Shown one piece after another: positions 11,032 to 24,629 of a DNA stretch of 64,000 nt (position 1 is its first letter; each line of letters begins with the position of its first letter). This stretch comes from Callorhinchus milii (taxonomy: Eukaryota). The notes beneath the pieces are model-generated. The model saw nothing but the letters and a program-made list of their open reading frames with translations. It made no database searches and was not told where the DNA came from. The translations under genes were made by a program, and so were the position numbers. The stretch is taken from the NCBI RefSeq assembly GCF_018977255.1, contig NW_024704742.1, forward strand, positions 35,652,001-35,716,000, read 5' to 3'.

Positions 11032-12655
11032 GTAAGTGTTTATTTCAAACAAACTCGCACGACAACGCCAAACGCTGTAACATCCACAAAGCCAATCATT
11101 ACCAACATAATATAGTCCACGGATAGTATTTTTTTTATGCGGGAAGTGTCTATATAGTTTATGAATGTGTACAGCATGTACAGTAAATGATAACTTCAGT
11201 TGCCTTTGGGGTACATTATATCAGCACGACTGTTTTTTTTTGTGTGCAAGTGAATTGCTTCTGTTACATCCGACACACAGCGCAAAACAGACCAAGATGC
11301 CAATGTGATGAAACTGTGCGAGAGATACGGTCCATCCAATAAAGTAACAGTCAGCTCGATGGTGACATTTCAATGACATTGTATTTGAGGACTGTATCCC
11401 CTGATCATGTCTCGGGGTGCTGTGGCTTACAGTATTTCCTTACTGTCGATGCATGTGATTGAACGATCAATGTGGACGTGACAGAAGAAAAAAAACAACG
11501 AAACGTTTCAGCTAAGAAACGGGAGGGCACAGAGCAAACAAATAATGTTTTTTTTTAAATGAACCGATTTTCCGCAAACCTTATCGCGGACGTTGCTGTA
11601 CCGAATGACTGCAAGGCTGCAAAGCGTGTTGTTTGCAAAGCTATTTTTAATAGAAATATTGATTTTGTGATGGGTGCATCAGAGGTCAGGTTGTGTGGCC
11701 CGCGTTCATTGTGTGGTCATGTTAAACTGCTAAGTATGTTGGTAACAGGTGCAGGCAATAGGGAACTGGATGCTTGGAGTGATTGGGTTAGTGCACAGTG
11801 CGGTTGTTTGGGCTCTAATATATTACATCAACGCATTCATTGCCAATTGCCTGTTATCAGGGAAATGCAGATATGTGTGATACTATCTCAATCTTGCGTG
11901 GATTTCTTCGGTTTAATGCCGAATTTGGATCCGACGGCCAATGCAAAAAACAGAAATCGAGTTTAACGTTGAATTGACTTATGTGCAATAATGACTCGCG
12001 TTAAATCCTACGGATAATCCATTCGCACTGAGAATGGTTATGTAAAAAGCACCGCATGCGAATCAATTTGTTGTTGGCCAAAAGCGAACAACAACAAAAA
12101 AAAAACACACAAATCTCGTCGTATGGGTGTGAAACGTGAAATTTTCCAACTGTTCATTTTAGAAGACAGTTTAAAGGTTTCTTGTCAAAACTAAATAAAA
12201 TAATTTAAAACGACACAATTCAAAATTTATGATTTGACTTGATTTTGCAAACGCATTCGAAAACTTCACGGAACAAAGATGGGAATAAACGATTTAGTGA
12301 TGTGAAAATTGTGTACTGACAGTGTCACTTGCAACGTGAAATGCGAGTATTTTAATGTCCTGCAGTTTACAAGTTTTGTCATTCAACAGCACCGTATTAG
12401 CGCAAAACTGGGGTACACCAAACAGATGAATAAATAGCCCATATAATGGCAGCCCCGCTATTTTTAGAAGGAACAACACAAGGTGCATATTTTTGCAATG
12501 AAAATCTTTGTAGTGATTCTAAGAATATGGTGCCATCTGCGACCAAAGGTGAATTATGCATTAACACAAGAAACTTGCATTGGGGCTCGTTCCTCCTCAG
12601 GCAGCGCATGTGAAACCCTCAGCAAACAGTTTTACTTGTAACATTTCAATTGCAG

Positions 12656-12759
12656 GTATTTTGGAAATATTCGCTGTGGCTCAGGGCACAGTGGGGATAC
12701 GAGGAATTTTTAGCGACAGATTCCTAGCGATGAATAAAAAAGGGAAAGTCTACGCAACG
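12656..12759 (+). CDS. FGF5: FGF5 coding exon 2 (104 nt)
   Basis: Acceptor ttgcAG|, encodes (S)[34 protein letters not shown], donor ACG|GTGAGT. The 104-nt length is typical of the FGF middle exon and the phases join exons 1 and 3 in frame. Confidence 0.97.
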
Positions 12760-15134
12760 GTGAGTATTACTGTGCTCACTGGTCACTTAAGGATCACACA
12801 ACAATTCTGTTCATTCACAGGAAGAAGCAGTATTTGGATAAAAGTCTTTATGCCTCACATGTTCAACGTGCTCATGTCCAACGCTGTTAGATGCATCTAA
12901 ATATTTACCAACTGAAATCTTTTTGAATATTAGTTAAATTGTGTATGGATAGGTTTGATTGTAAAATTAAAATAAAAGTACCCCCTGTGCTCAGAACCAC
13001 ATCTCACTATAATCCTGTTCCTTGTAACAGATTCTAATAACTTAACCACAAATCCTGCCAGAGTGACACGACTGTGCAATATAACTACTAGGGGATAGTT
13101 TTCGAAAGAAAGATATTGCAGTTTTACAGCACATTTTACGTCAAAACGTCTCAAAGTTCTTTACAGCGATTATTGTCAAGTGTAGTGACTGTTTCGAAGC
13201 CAAGCTAAATAAACTTTCGAAACAATGTTAACGTCCTCAGTCGTTCACAACAAATGCTGACATGATCTGAAATATTTAAAATATTTAAATATTTGAAATG
13301 CATATTGATAGAAGGGGCAAATGTTTTATTTTTTTTAAAAATCTAAGTGTTTAATTTATTTAGTATATAGCCAAATAGCCCATTTATCAATGGAGGGATA
13401 ACATAATTAGAAAACTTCGCATATGTAGAAATAGTTATAACGAATTAATATCATTATGAACAATTGTAGCTTTTGGAAAGACAACAGTGGAACGTATTGA
13501 ACAAACTTGAATAAAACTTCGCTTCAATTATAAGATATCCTGCTCATTTGACTTTCAGAATAAGGGACCCAAAGGCTGTTCAAGAATAGTTTTATCCCCA
13601 TTGTATATACCACCATTATTTTAACCACAAAGTGATAGGGTTTTGCTTCAAGCCCTTAAACTGAATATGGATTGAGTCTACTTGATGTTTAGGATTGCAA
13701 GAAATTGACGAGAAGAAGCACATCTATCAAAGCTAAAATTAAGTAATTGGATTTTGTTCCAAATCCCAAGCATATAAATTGGCATTTGATCTAAATTACC
13801 TTCTGTTGGTATGATTAAAATTAATGCAATTAACGTTAAATGCCATCTGACTCGCCTGGTCATGGCTGGGTGAAGTTCTGTGGTTGCTTAATAAGTTTTC
13901 GAAGTACAGTACTGAGAGAATCCTGTGCCTGCCACTTACTGCTGCGCTCTGATAGAACTCAATCTGTCCACTTCCAGCTCAAATGCAGATAAAAGTTAAT
14001 GGTAGAAATAATTCTGCAATCTACCAAACCTATTGGACTATTACGTTGTGATTGTGCTCCCGTCCTTCCTTTTCTTATCTTGACTCGTCTGCTGACAGTC
14101 TTTCCCCAAAATACAGATGGCTCCATAATTAAATCAGTAAGTGGGTTCGAAGGATATTGTATTGCAGCGTTTTACGTGTCCTAGCAATTATCAATCGTCG
14201 CCACACATGAGATTTTCCTTCAATTTCTCAAGAGAATTTGACATATTTTGCAATTCTGCATGTTTTACTTCAGGTTAATTGAGTTTCTCAGCCTTCTGAC
14301 TGCGCTGAAAGTGTGAATTGAGAGCCTACCGAACATAGATGACTTTTTGCAAAAGTAAATCCCTTGTATTTATTTACAAGTTTCTGTAAAAAATTTCATC
14401 TAAATTCTCGAAAACATCGCAATTTTCAATTCTTTGGAAGTGGATGCCACAGAATCAAATTGCAGAGGATCTTTTCCATTTTTATTGTTGCCTGGCCTGG
14501 CGGAATTTTATTACAAATTCTGGTCACTTCAAAAGCGTTGTGAGAGAGGTGCAAGAGGACGTTATGTAGATTCAGTTTCTGATAGCTATAAACATATTTT
14601 AGACTAAAGCTATAAAGTGTCGTCTCTCCTGAGACTGCCCGTTTTCTAAGTCAATTCCCTCATTTATAAAAAACCAAATAACCATATGGTAGCATTCAGA
14701 CCAATCTCTACATCAAATGCACTTAAAAAAGATTGGAGTTTAAAATAATGAACTCCGGATATCACACAGTAATGATTGCATTTTGGAGTTTTAATGCCTA
14801 AAGATGTTTGTGATTTGCCTTTTCACCCTCATTTTCCAAATTTTCACTAGATACCAGTTATGTGTAAAGAAACCATAATTAGTTTCCTTATTGAAGATTT
14901 TAACTTGCATCTGGGTTATCCATTGGCTCACAGCCCTGTCTCTTATCCAGCTTGGAGTCTCAGTACCCTGGGTGATTGACTCTGTTGTACACTGTTGTGT
15001 GAGTACAGAGTAGATTTCCAATCAGCTGCTTAATCAATAGAAAGTGTATACTGTACTTCAAGAAGAAGATTCAAACCAATAAGTAACTTTTATTTCAGAT
15101 TTCAGAATCTTACTCTCCAAAACAAAGGCATAAA

Positions 15135-17005
15135 AACAACAACAAATTACACTTGTACAGGCCCTTTACATTGGAAATACATCCCACTGCGCTGGACAAT
15201 CAGGTGTTTTGGACCCGAGCTGGGAGTTGGGGTCAGAAGAGGAGGAGGCCAGGGAGGATGGGTGTGGAAGGGTGTCTGAAGGCATGGTCCAAGAGGAAGG
15301 TCTGCAAATGGGATTTGAAGTAGGCAAGAGAGGGTGTGAGGCGGAGGGTTTGCGGGATAGAGTTCCAGAGTGTGGGGACAGAGATGCTGAATGACCGACC
15401 GTCAAAGGTGGGGTGGGAAATTCAGGGGACCTGAAGTCGGCCGGTGTCCGCCAAGCAGAGGGAGTAGACAGGCTGATATGGGGTTATGAGGTCGGAGATG
15501 TAGGAGGGAACAAGACTGTGGAGGACCTTGAAGATAAGAGCAAGGGTTTTGTATTTGATTCTCTGAGGAATGGGGAGCCAGTGAAGCCGGACAAGAACGG
15601 GGTTGATGGAGCTTGGTGTGGGAGAGGACATGAGCTGCAGAGTTCTGAATAATCTGCAGCTTGCGGAGGTTAAAGTCCAATGAGCAGGCAGTTGGCGTAG
15701 TCAAGCCGAGACAGAATGAAAGAGTGGATCAGGGTCTCTGCGGCCTACGGTAGGAGGCAGTGGCAGAGGCGGGCAATGTTATGGAGGTGTGGAAAGGCGG
15801 AATGGGTCACAGTACAAATGTGAAGTTTGAAGGATAGCTGAGGGTCGAAAAGGACACTGAGGTTTTGGAATGACTCGTTGAGGTGAAGAGTGCAGCCATG
15901 AATGATGATAGTGCCAGGGGCTGAGGTGAGGAGGCACTGCCTGGAGCCAAACAGGAGGGCCTCTGTCTTGCCAACATTGAGCTGGAGGAAGTTGGCTCCA
16001 GGACTTGATGTCAGACAGTCAATTAGTCAGGACATCAATGGTCCAGGAGTCGAGAGTGGAGGCAGTGAGACAGAGTTGCGGATAACATTGCTGAGCAGGA
16101 ACATGTACAGATTGAAGAGGAGGGAACTGAGGACAGAGCCCTGAGGGATGCCACATGTGAGTGCGGGAGCTAGAGGAAAACCTGTTGGTGGCCATGAAGT
16201 GCAGACGGTGGGAAAGGTAGGATTGCAAACGGACAAGAACAGAACCATTGAGGTGGAGGTGAGAAAAGAGGTGGTAGAGAAGAATAGAGTGGTCAACAGT
16301 ATCGAAAGTAGCTGAGAGGTCAAGAAGGAGGGGAGACAGAGAGAGCCCTGGTCGCAGGTGGACAGAATGTCATTTGTCATTTTGACCAGGGCTGTCTCTG
16401 TGCTGTGAGCAGCACGAGATCCAGATTGGAGGGATTCATGGAGGGAATGCAGGGAGAGGAGATCGAAGCTGGGAAGTGACGACTCGTTCCATGACCTTTG
16501 ATAGAAAAGGAAGGTTTGAAATGGAGCGGTAATTGGAGAGCAGAGATGGGTCAAGGGAAGATTTTTTGAGGGTAAGAGTGCTGACAGCTGTCTTTAGGGG
16601 GATGGGTACGGTGCCAGTGAACAGGGAGACGTTAACAAGATCTGTTAGTAGGGGGGCAAGGAGGTGGTGCTGGGGGCTGAGAAGAGGGGTAGGTCAAGGG
16701 AGCAATTGGTGAGTTTTGTACGGGAAATGATGGAGGTGAGCGAAGAGGGGGAGACAGGGTCAAAAGTGTGGAGGAAGGGATGGGGGGGCAGGAAGGGGAG
16801 CGGGAGGTGGGGACAGGGTCCTGGTAGAGGGGCTAGAGGCAGCAGAGCAGATACCTTGACTTTGGACTCGAGGAAATTCTTCATCTCCTCGCATTTGGTG
16901 TTGGAGGAGAGGATGGCAGAGACATGGGAGAGTGGATGGAGGAGTTGGTTTATGGTAGAAAATAGGAACCTGGGGTTGTCCTTAGCTTCCAAGATAATTT
17001 TGGAA
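15135..17005 (-). mobile_element. Decayed L2 LINE in FGF5 intron 2
   Basis: Minus-strand fragments [37 protein letters not shown] with many frameshifts; (CAA)n tail at the left end. A second isolated L2 3' tail lies at about 17009-17080. Confidence 0.9.
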
Positions 17006-18018
17006 TGCAACAACAACAGCAACAACGAAATTACATTTGCATAGCGCCTTTCACGTTGGGAGGATGTCCCAAAGCACTGGAATAAAAGGAGGATTTAGCT
17101 GAGGTGAGGATAGTGCGGTAGGTTTGACGGTGAACTGTTATTTTAAAAACAGCTTTAAAATATTTTGTTTATCTAAACCATAAATGAAATACATTTTGTG
17201 CAGAACTAATCTTTAATATACAACAAATCTAAAAATAATATACTGTTTTTCATACCCATGTATTGAATTTATGAAACTAGTTACCGCTTGTAGGAATTTA
17301 TCTAATGAATCTCTCTGATTATTGAAAGATATTTACATTTTAATTCTGTAAATGAGTTTTGAAGAAGCTATAGGAAAATATTGAGAAATTTCTGCGGCCT
17401 GGATATCTTCTATTTGGTATGAGGTACTTCACCCCGAATTAGACTTTGTTTCAAGAACAGAAAGATTGTATGCGCAAATATATTTATCCAGCATGCAAAA
17501 TCATTGTTTTATCCACTTTTACATTTGGGACAGATAGATATCTTCCCTTGAAGTGAGGATATTTTCTACAAAATTCCGAGACAAAACGTGGGGAAATTAA
17601 TTTGTCTGTACAGTTAACATGGAATGAATCCAACAATAAAATAAAAGGGAGTCTGCTGTGGATTCTTAGACCACAGGAATCGTTGGTGAAAATATATTTG
17701 AGTATAGACTCAGTAATTATCTTAATCCACGTAATTTATAACTGTACCTAAACTCACGGTATGGTGCCAATCTGTATGTGTGATACAAAAGTCTCTTATC
17801 GTTTTAATACAGTAAGCCCTCTCATTCCTCGCAACCTATCCAAACTCGGAGCCCAAGACTATGCCAGAACACAGGCCTTTGAATGAAGTTACTTCTTCCC
17901 TAGCCAATAATACACATAAATGTCAGGGTTAGATTGTTAACATGTTGGACCAAATCAAAGTGAAATGCCTGCTTTGAATGCGTTGTTCAAATGTTGATTT
18001 GGTTTTCTTATCTTACAG

Positions 18019-18369
18019 ACCAAGTTTACAAATGAATGCAAATTCAGGGAGAGATACCAAGAGAACAGCTACAACACTTATGCCTCAGCCACCTACAAAA
18101 ACTATCATAATGGTCGAGAATGGTATGTGGCTTTAAACAAACGTGGGAAAGCCAAAAAAGGGAATAGCCCTCGGGTGAAACCTCAGCACATTTCTACACA
18201 TTTCCTTCCCAGATTCAAACAGTCTGAGAAGGAGAAGACTTTTACCATCACAAAAAAAACTCCAGAGAGGATAACACCCCCTAAACCTCCCAAATTGCCT
18301 CCACCCGTCAAGGTCAGCAGGAAGAATACCAACACTGTTAAATACAGGCCTAAATTTCGATTTGGATAG
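18019..18369 (+). CDS. FGF5: FGF5 coding exon 3 to stop
   Basis: Acceptor tcttacAG|, encodes [68 protein letters not shown]...[28 protein letters not shown] and the KFRFG end are FGF5-diagnostic. Total CDS 723 nt = 240 aa. Confidence 0.97.
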   Translation, partial: TKFTNECKFRERYQENSYNTYASATYKNYHNGREWYVALNKRGKAKKGNSPRVKPQHISTHFLPRFKQSEKEKTFTITKKTPERITPPKPPKLPPPVKVSRKNTNTVKYRPKFRFG

Positions 18370-19782
18370 TGGCAAATGGAACTTTTTCTATTGATTTGGG
18401 GGTCAAGTGACTGTTGAAAGCAGCTGTGGTGCACAGAGCTGACAAAAGACAAACATAAGGGTCGTCCCTTTGTCAAACAAAGAGCAATCCCATTCCCTCG
18501 TACACATGACCTGTGAGCAGTGTTTTTGGTAACCTGGTCATCTCCGAGTTATTTAAGTGGGTGCTGTGTCAGTATTGAAAATATATAAGGCATAAGTACA
18601 GAATAATACAAACTTTTACATTGTTTGTTTATAGACAACCCATGTTGGCTTGTTCTCAAGTGTGTCTTTGTTGAAAACCGTACTGTATCTTCTTAAAGAT
18701 ATATTCATTCAATTTCATTAGGGTCTTTTTCTCTCTCTCATTAGTCTACTTCTTTAAGGGAAATGTGCATTTTTTTTAAAAAAGTGACGCATGCAACCAT
18801 TTGTGGCAACATTAATGAATGGAATTTGAAACCGACTTAATTTTAAGAGAAAATGCTGGTTTCTAGAAAATGTACCATTTTCCCTTCTTTAAGAAAAATG
18901 TAGATGGGGATCGTGATTATACATTGACCTGCATTCATTCCTATTTGGAAAGCACTTGGAGTGAACCTTCTCTGGCAGTGCACGACCCCTGACTGAGCCC
19001 GCCTTTTTCTGGTGGAACAGCTGGAAGCATGGATTACAAACTGTCCATCAAACTATAACTTTGGAGTTTGAACGTTTAAAATATCCCTGCCAGGATCCTG
19101 GCATTCCGCGTCTTACAGATCTGCAGGGATAGAACTGATTTACAGGGAAAAAAACACACATGCTTCGACAGCCTGCTTCTGTCTCTAGATGTATCATATG
19201 GCAGGCATCAACGTCATGGCTCATTATCACACACTGTCATCAGATACGCTCAGTTAGTAACACTCCCTCCAGGGGCTTGTGTCACAAAGGTAATGATTCC
19301 TGTGATAGCGATTGTATTAAAACAAATACCTTGTTGTCTGTAAGGACACGTTGTGAGGGTTTGGGAATTGGCGTCTGCTGTATTAGTTCGTGACAAACAC
19401 ACACAGGTGACATTCATTTGTTTAGGCAGGCATTTGTTTAAATAAACATTTGGATTTTCTTCCCTAACTGATGTTTTTCGTATGTAACACATTTATTTGT
19501 GTTATGTTCACAATGTTGATACTCCATTATAAGATTGTGTAATTTACCAATGTTGTCGCTGTGAATGTTATCTGCTGCCTTGTCCCCAATGTCATGTTCA
19601 GAAGCTTGTGTATGCCTCATGTCTTAGTTGATCTTAAGGGTTTAATGCTGTATAAAGAATGGGTAACAATGTGCCAGAGTTTTAGTGAACTGTTGTTAAT
19701 ACATTTCTCAAGAGTCGGATTTTATTTTCATTTGATGCAGTGATGTGTACTATTTATTATTGAAAGTGATTATAATGGCTGC

Positions 19783-19788
19783 AATAAA
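19783..19788 (+). terminator. Candidate FGF5 polyadenylation signal
   Basis: AATAAA about 1.4 kb after the stop, preceded by AU-rich TATTTATT and followed by GT/T-rich sequence; interspersed repeats resume shortly after. Confidence 0.5.
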
Positions 19789-20456
19789 AAGATCATTTTC
19801 CTACTGGTGCATTGTGTAAAAAAAAATTCATTTGTTTTCTGCATTTTATTCGTATACTTCCAACAGAAAACAAAATGTACAGGAAACAATGTGTTTATAA
19901 CACTTCCTGTATTTCCAGAAAGCACTGGAACAAAACCGGTGCTTTTATAACACATTATACTTGAATATATCTCAAGGCATGTCACAGTGATTATTTATAA
20001 AGTGTAAACTGTTTTTGGAGGCAAACCCTGCAGCAATATTGCTAACAGCAAGGCTCCTCAAATAGCCATGAGGTGATTGAAGGATTAATCTGAAAGATTG
20101 TTGGGACCTTTAACATCTATCTGAACAGGGGGACAGTTTAAAGTCTCAACTGAAAGACTGCACGTCCAATAATGCAGTGTTCCCCATTACTGCACTGGAA
20201 TATAAGTCTAGTCTAGTTCAAAGACATGAACTAGGGCCTGAACTCCAATCATCTGATCCAGAGCCAACTGAGCTGAGCTAAGCTGACACTAAAATAAAAC
20301 CTGCAAGAACAATATGGAGCTGGTATTCTCTCAATTGGAAAGTTTTTAACTTGTTTTTCATATATGGCTGGTTTAGTACTTATAGCTAAGAAACAATATC
20401 CTTGTGGATGAAAATACCCATAGAGCAAACAATTTATGTGCCCAGTCCTTCAACAC

Positions 20457-20788
20457 TTAATAATAATAATAATAATAATAATCCTTGCATTTGATATAGC
20501 GCTTTTCACGTCAGGAGGACGTCCCAAAGCGCTTCACAGAACACATTGTAAAGTGAATTGACTGTATATTTGTGGGCGAACGCGGCAGCCAATTGCGCAC
20601 AGCAATGTCCCACAAACAGTCGTAGATTGAAAATGACCAATTTATTATTGTTGTTTTTTGGAGGGATTATTATTAGGCTCTGTGTGGAGTATGGAAACTT
20701 GCCCAAGGTTTCGCCCTCTGCCTGGGATTGAACTCAGGTCTCTCACTTACAAAGCGAGTGCTCTAACCACTGAGCTACAGGACTCCGC
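20457..20788 (-). mobile_element. Full-length tRNA-derived SINE with L2-type tail
   Basis: Minus-strand head GCGGAGTCCTGTAGCTCAGTGGTTAGAGC (A box) and GAGTTCAATCCC (B box), conserved body gctgtgcgcaattggctgccgcg, (ATT)n tail. Confidence 0.92.
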
Positions 20789-22334
20789 ATTAACAAAGAG
20801 TCCTCAAATGACCCCAGTACTAACAGTGTGTGTTCCTGAGGAACATCAGAAAAACCACCCACCACCCACATAACATCCACGTCACTTTCACTTCACTAAA
20901 AGCAACAGCCAGAATGACTTTGCTCTCTCTCTCTATCTGTCTGTCTGTCTGTCTGTCTCTCTTTCCCCTTGCCTCAGAGCTCAGAGTAACACCCAGTGAG
21001 ACCTACACAGCATAATTTTGTCAACCATATCAACCACAGGCCTGATATTCCATTTGCAAGTCATTTTGACTGAAAATGTAAGGTCACATAGAATTGTGGA
21101 AGATTGTTAAATTCAATCTAAATTTGGAAGCTAGTTTTCAGATATTCTTAAGCACCAACTTCTAAATTGAGGGAACTTTTAAAAAGACGAGAGCTCATTT
21201 AAAACGCACCCGATGTTAGAATTTAACTTACCTATCATTGGGGCACTTTGCCCTGTCAGTTTACCCCATCTTTGCAAAACTTTTGTGATAACATTTTTTG
21301 TTTCGGTTTTCTTTGACTGTTGTTGTTAAAAGTAAATCATAGAATATTATAATAATAATCCTTACATTTGATATTGTGCATTCCATATCAAGATGCACTT
21401 GACAGGATTTACTTGAAGTATTGTTACTGTAGACTTTGTAGGCAAATACAGCTCATTGTAACAGCAATGTGCATCAAGCAGCCATGAAATGAATGATCAA
21501 TTTTATATGGGGACTTGTTGGCCAGGACATCAAGAGAACCTTCCTACTTTTTCCAGTAATACAAAGGGATATTTAATGTCCACCTGAACAGGAAGAGGAA
21601 ACCTCAGTTAAATGTTTCATTTGAAGGATGGCACCCCTGAAATGGCATCACTGCATTGGAGTATCAGCCATGAACTCAACTATGAGCTCAAAGTTGATTA
21701 ACTGTCGTATGTACTGGTAGAATTAAGTCTGTCATATACTTCTCTATTTCTTCTAATAGCGAGAATTATGTTTTCCTTTTCTTATCCATCAAGAAAGCAA
21801 ATATATATTGAAGGATAATGGAGATGCATAAAACACAACAAAATAGATTATTCTTGCTTAGAAGTATAATGTTTTATGTAATACGCAGTGACTCACTACA
21901 CTGTCATATTAATACTATGTTCTAACCAGAAACTGAATCTGACACTAATTTGAGACTGGATTAAGATGGAGTTAAAGGCATAACAAAAATGTAAATGGAT
22001 TGTTTTAAACAATGGAAATATATATAACACATATCAAACCATAGATCTATCATATAATATGTATGAGTAATCTTGTACACATTTAGTTAAGATGTTGGGC
22101 ACAAATATTATTCATGAAGTTAACTCCTGTTTATAAAATATGTAAACATTATAATTTGATACTAAAATATTTATGCTGAACAATCTGACACAGGCTGTAT
22201 ATTTTTATCATTGTAATTGGCCTTTTCAGTAAATTAAATCTTATTAAGATTTTCTAAGTGGTGTAACTATTCATTAAAATATAAAACATGGCCATTGGAA
22301 AATGTATAAAATACAGTTCTGTGCTTTAATATTA

Positions 22335-22709
22335 GCGAGCCCTGTAGCTTAGTGGTTAGAGCACTCGCCTCGCAAGCAAGAGCTTTGATTCAACCTGGGT
22401 TTGATTCCTGGCGGGGGGAAAAGTTGGGCAAGTTTCCTTACTCCACATGCCTGTTTACCTAACAGTAAGTCGGAACCCTGTTGGCTTTTTCGATGGCTTT
22501 TCCGGGGGTAATAATTCCGTCGAAATAAAGAGAAATAATTTGGTCACTCAATCCACGACTGTTTGTGAGGCAATGCTGTGCATGATTGGTTGCCGCGTTT
22601 CGCCCACAAAATATAGTCAATTCACTTTACAGTATGTTCTGTGAAGCGCTTTGCGATTCCTCGAAGATGTGATTAGGCACTATATCAAATGCAAAGATTA
22701 TTATTATTA
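22335..22709 (+). mobile_element. Full-length tRNA-derived SINE, same family
   Basis: gagccctgtagcttagtggttagagcactcgc head, shared body, aaatgcaaagattattatta tail. Confidence 0.9.
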
Positions 22710-24188
22710 ATGTATCTATTACAGTTGAAATAAATGTATTCAACTGCAAATTCAACTGCAAATCACTGTACCTTACACTAAAAATTCCTGTGAAGCGCTG
22801 TGAGATGGTTCAACATGTGTTAAGGCCTTATATCAAATGCAAGGATCATTCTATTTATTATGAACACTGAGGACACTGAGGACACAAGATGGAAAAAATT
22901 AGAAGCAAAATGTTGAATTCCTGACGAGAAAGGGAAGATGATCAAATAATTGATCTTCCATTTTAACCCCAATTTCCTTAAACTGTTTACAATAGCACAA
23001 CAGTAAAACAGTGCAGTCTATCAACACAAAATATCCATTGTCAAAATGCCTTGGAGTACTGTGGATCTATCTGATTCACTGCTGAATGCAATTGACTGCC
23101 GCGTTTCGACCACAAAATAGTCAATTCACTTTACAGTATATTTTGTGAAGCACTTTGAGACATGTTGAAGACGTGATAAAGCGTTAAATGAAATGCAAGG
23201 ATTATTATTATTATTATTATTTTATGTTGAAATGTCTATGACTTAGAATTTACAATGGAAATCTGATTCACACTGAATATTTTCTCAGAGCAGAAGTATA
23301 TGAACTGAAGTTAACGTTATGTACAATGCCAGTTTAAATAATAATTCAGAATTTTACCCACTGTTTATTTGTTTACTGTGTTATGCCAAGAAGCAACATT
23401 GTGTGACATAACAAATTTAAAAGAGGAGGTAGATGAAGTTTCTTCAGCCTATTTGATCTTATTCCAACCTACTTTACTCCCATTACAGAATTAATCTGTT
23501 TCTTAAATGAGCTCAGTGTTCCAGCCATTAACATCTTTCCTGGTTTGTTGTTTTAAACTTTAAAGATATACAAAAACCACAAAATATTTACATTTCTACA
23601 GCATCTTTCAAATCAGAAAGATGTCCAAGGTGCTGGACAGTCCTGGATTTGCACCCAAGCTCGGGTGGGTCCCAAGATGGGGGAAGAGATGACCAAAGAT
23701 GTCGTCAAAGAGGAAGATCTTGTAAGACCTTGAGGGAGACGAGGGAAGGGGCGAGTCATAGGCAATCCATGAAATACAGTAGTTTGTGGTATCTGTCCTT
23801 AAAAATGCTGCAATACAGTTCAGTAGCAGCAGAGTATCAACTCTACATGACACGTTTTTCAAATAAGTGAATCCAACATGCTAATATCTTTCTCCTTTAC
23901 AGGCTAATTGATTTGCTCTACATTTTGAGCATTCAGTTTTTTATCTCTAACGACCTAATTTTTGGAATGTAAGGATTATCAATAGCAGGCAGAATAAACA
24001 TGCAAAAGTTATGCTGAAAAGACAATGATTCAATGGGTATCTGCAATAGAGGAAATCAATGCTGGAAGACCAGTTAGATTGTGAGGTACAAATTTACTCA
24101 TGCCCAGAGGCTGAGTGCAAGTAAAGTGTAATGCTCTACTGTGTGCATCATTGTGATTACGAAAATATTTGTGGAGATAGTTTATAAA

Positions 24189-24551
24189 ATAATAATCTTT
24201 GCATTTGATATAGCTTAGCTTTTCATGTCTTCTAGACGTCTCAAGATGCTTCACAGAATATACTGTAAAGTGAATTGACTGTATATTTGTGGGCAAAACG
24301 CGGCAACCAATTGCGCACAACAGTGTCCCACAGTCGTGGATTGAGTGGCCAATTTATTATTTGTTTTTGAGGGATTATAATCCCCAGAAAAGTGATCCGC
24401 CAATCGACTAACAACCAGGTTCCTACTTACTGCTAGTTAAAGAGAAGCATGTGGAGTAAGGAAACTCGCCCAACATTTTGCCCTGCTGGGACTAGAACCC
24501 AGGTCTCTCCCTTACGAGGTGAGTGCTCTAACCACTGAGCTACAGGGCTCC
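24189..24551 (-). mobile_element. Full-length tRNA-derived SINE, same family
   Basis: Reverse complement of head, body and tail. Confidence 0.9.
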
Positions 24552-24629
24552 TAAAATGTTGGTCAGTCAAAAATTTATTAATTAACTCTAAAGGATTATG
24601 TTTAATTTAATGTGGCTAAATGTTATAAT

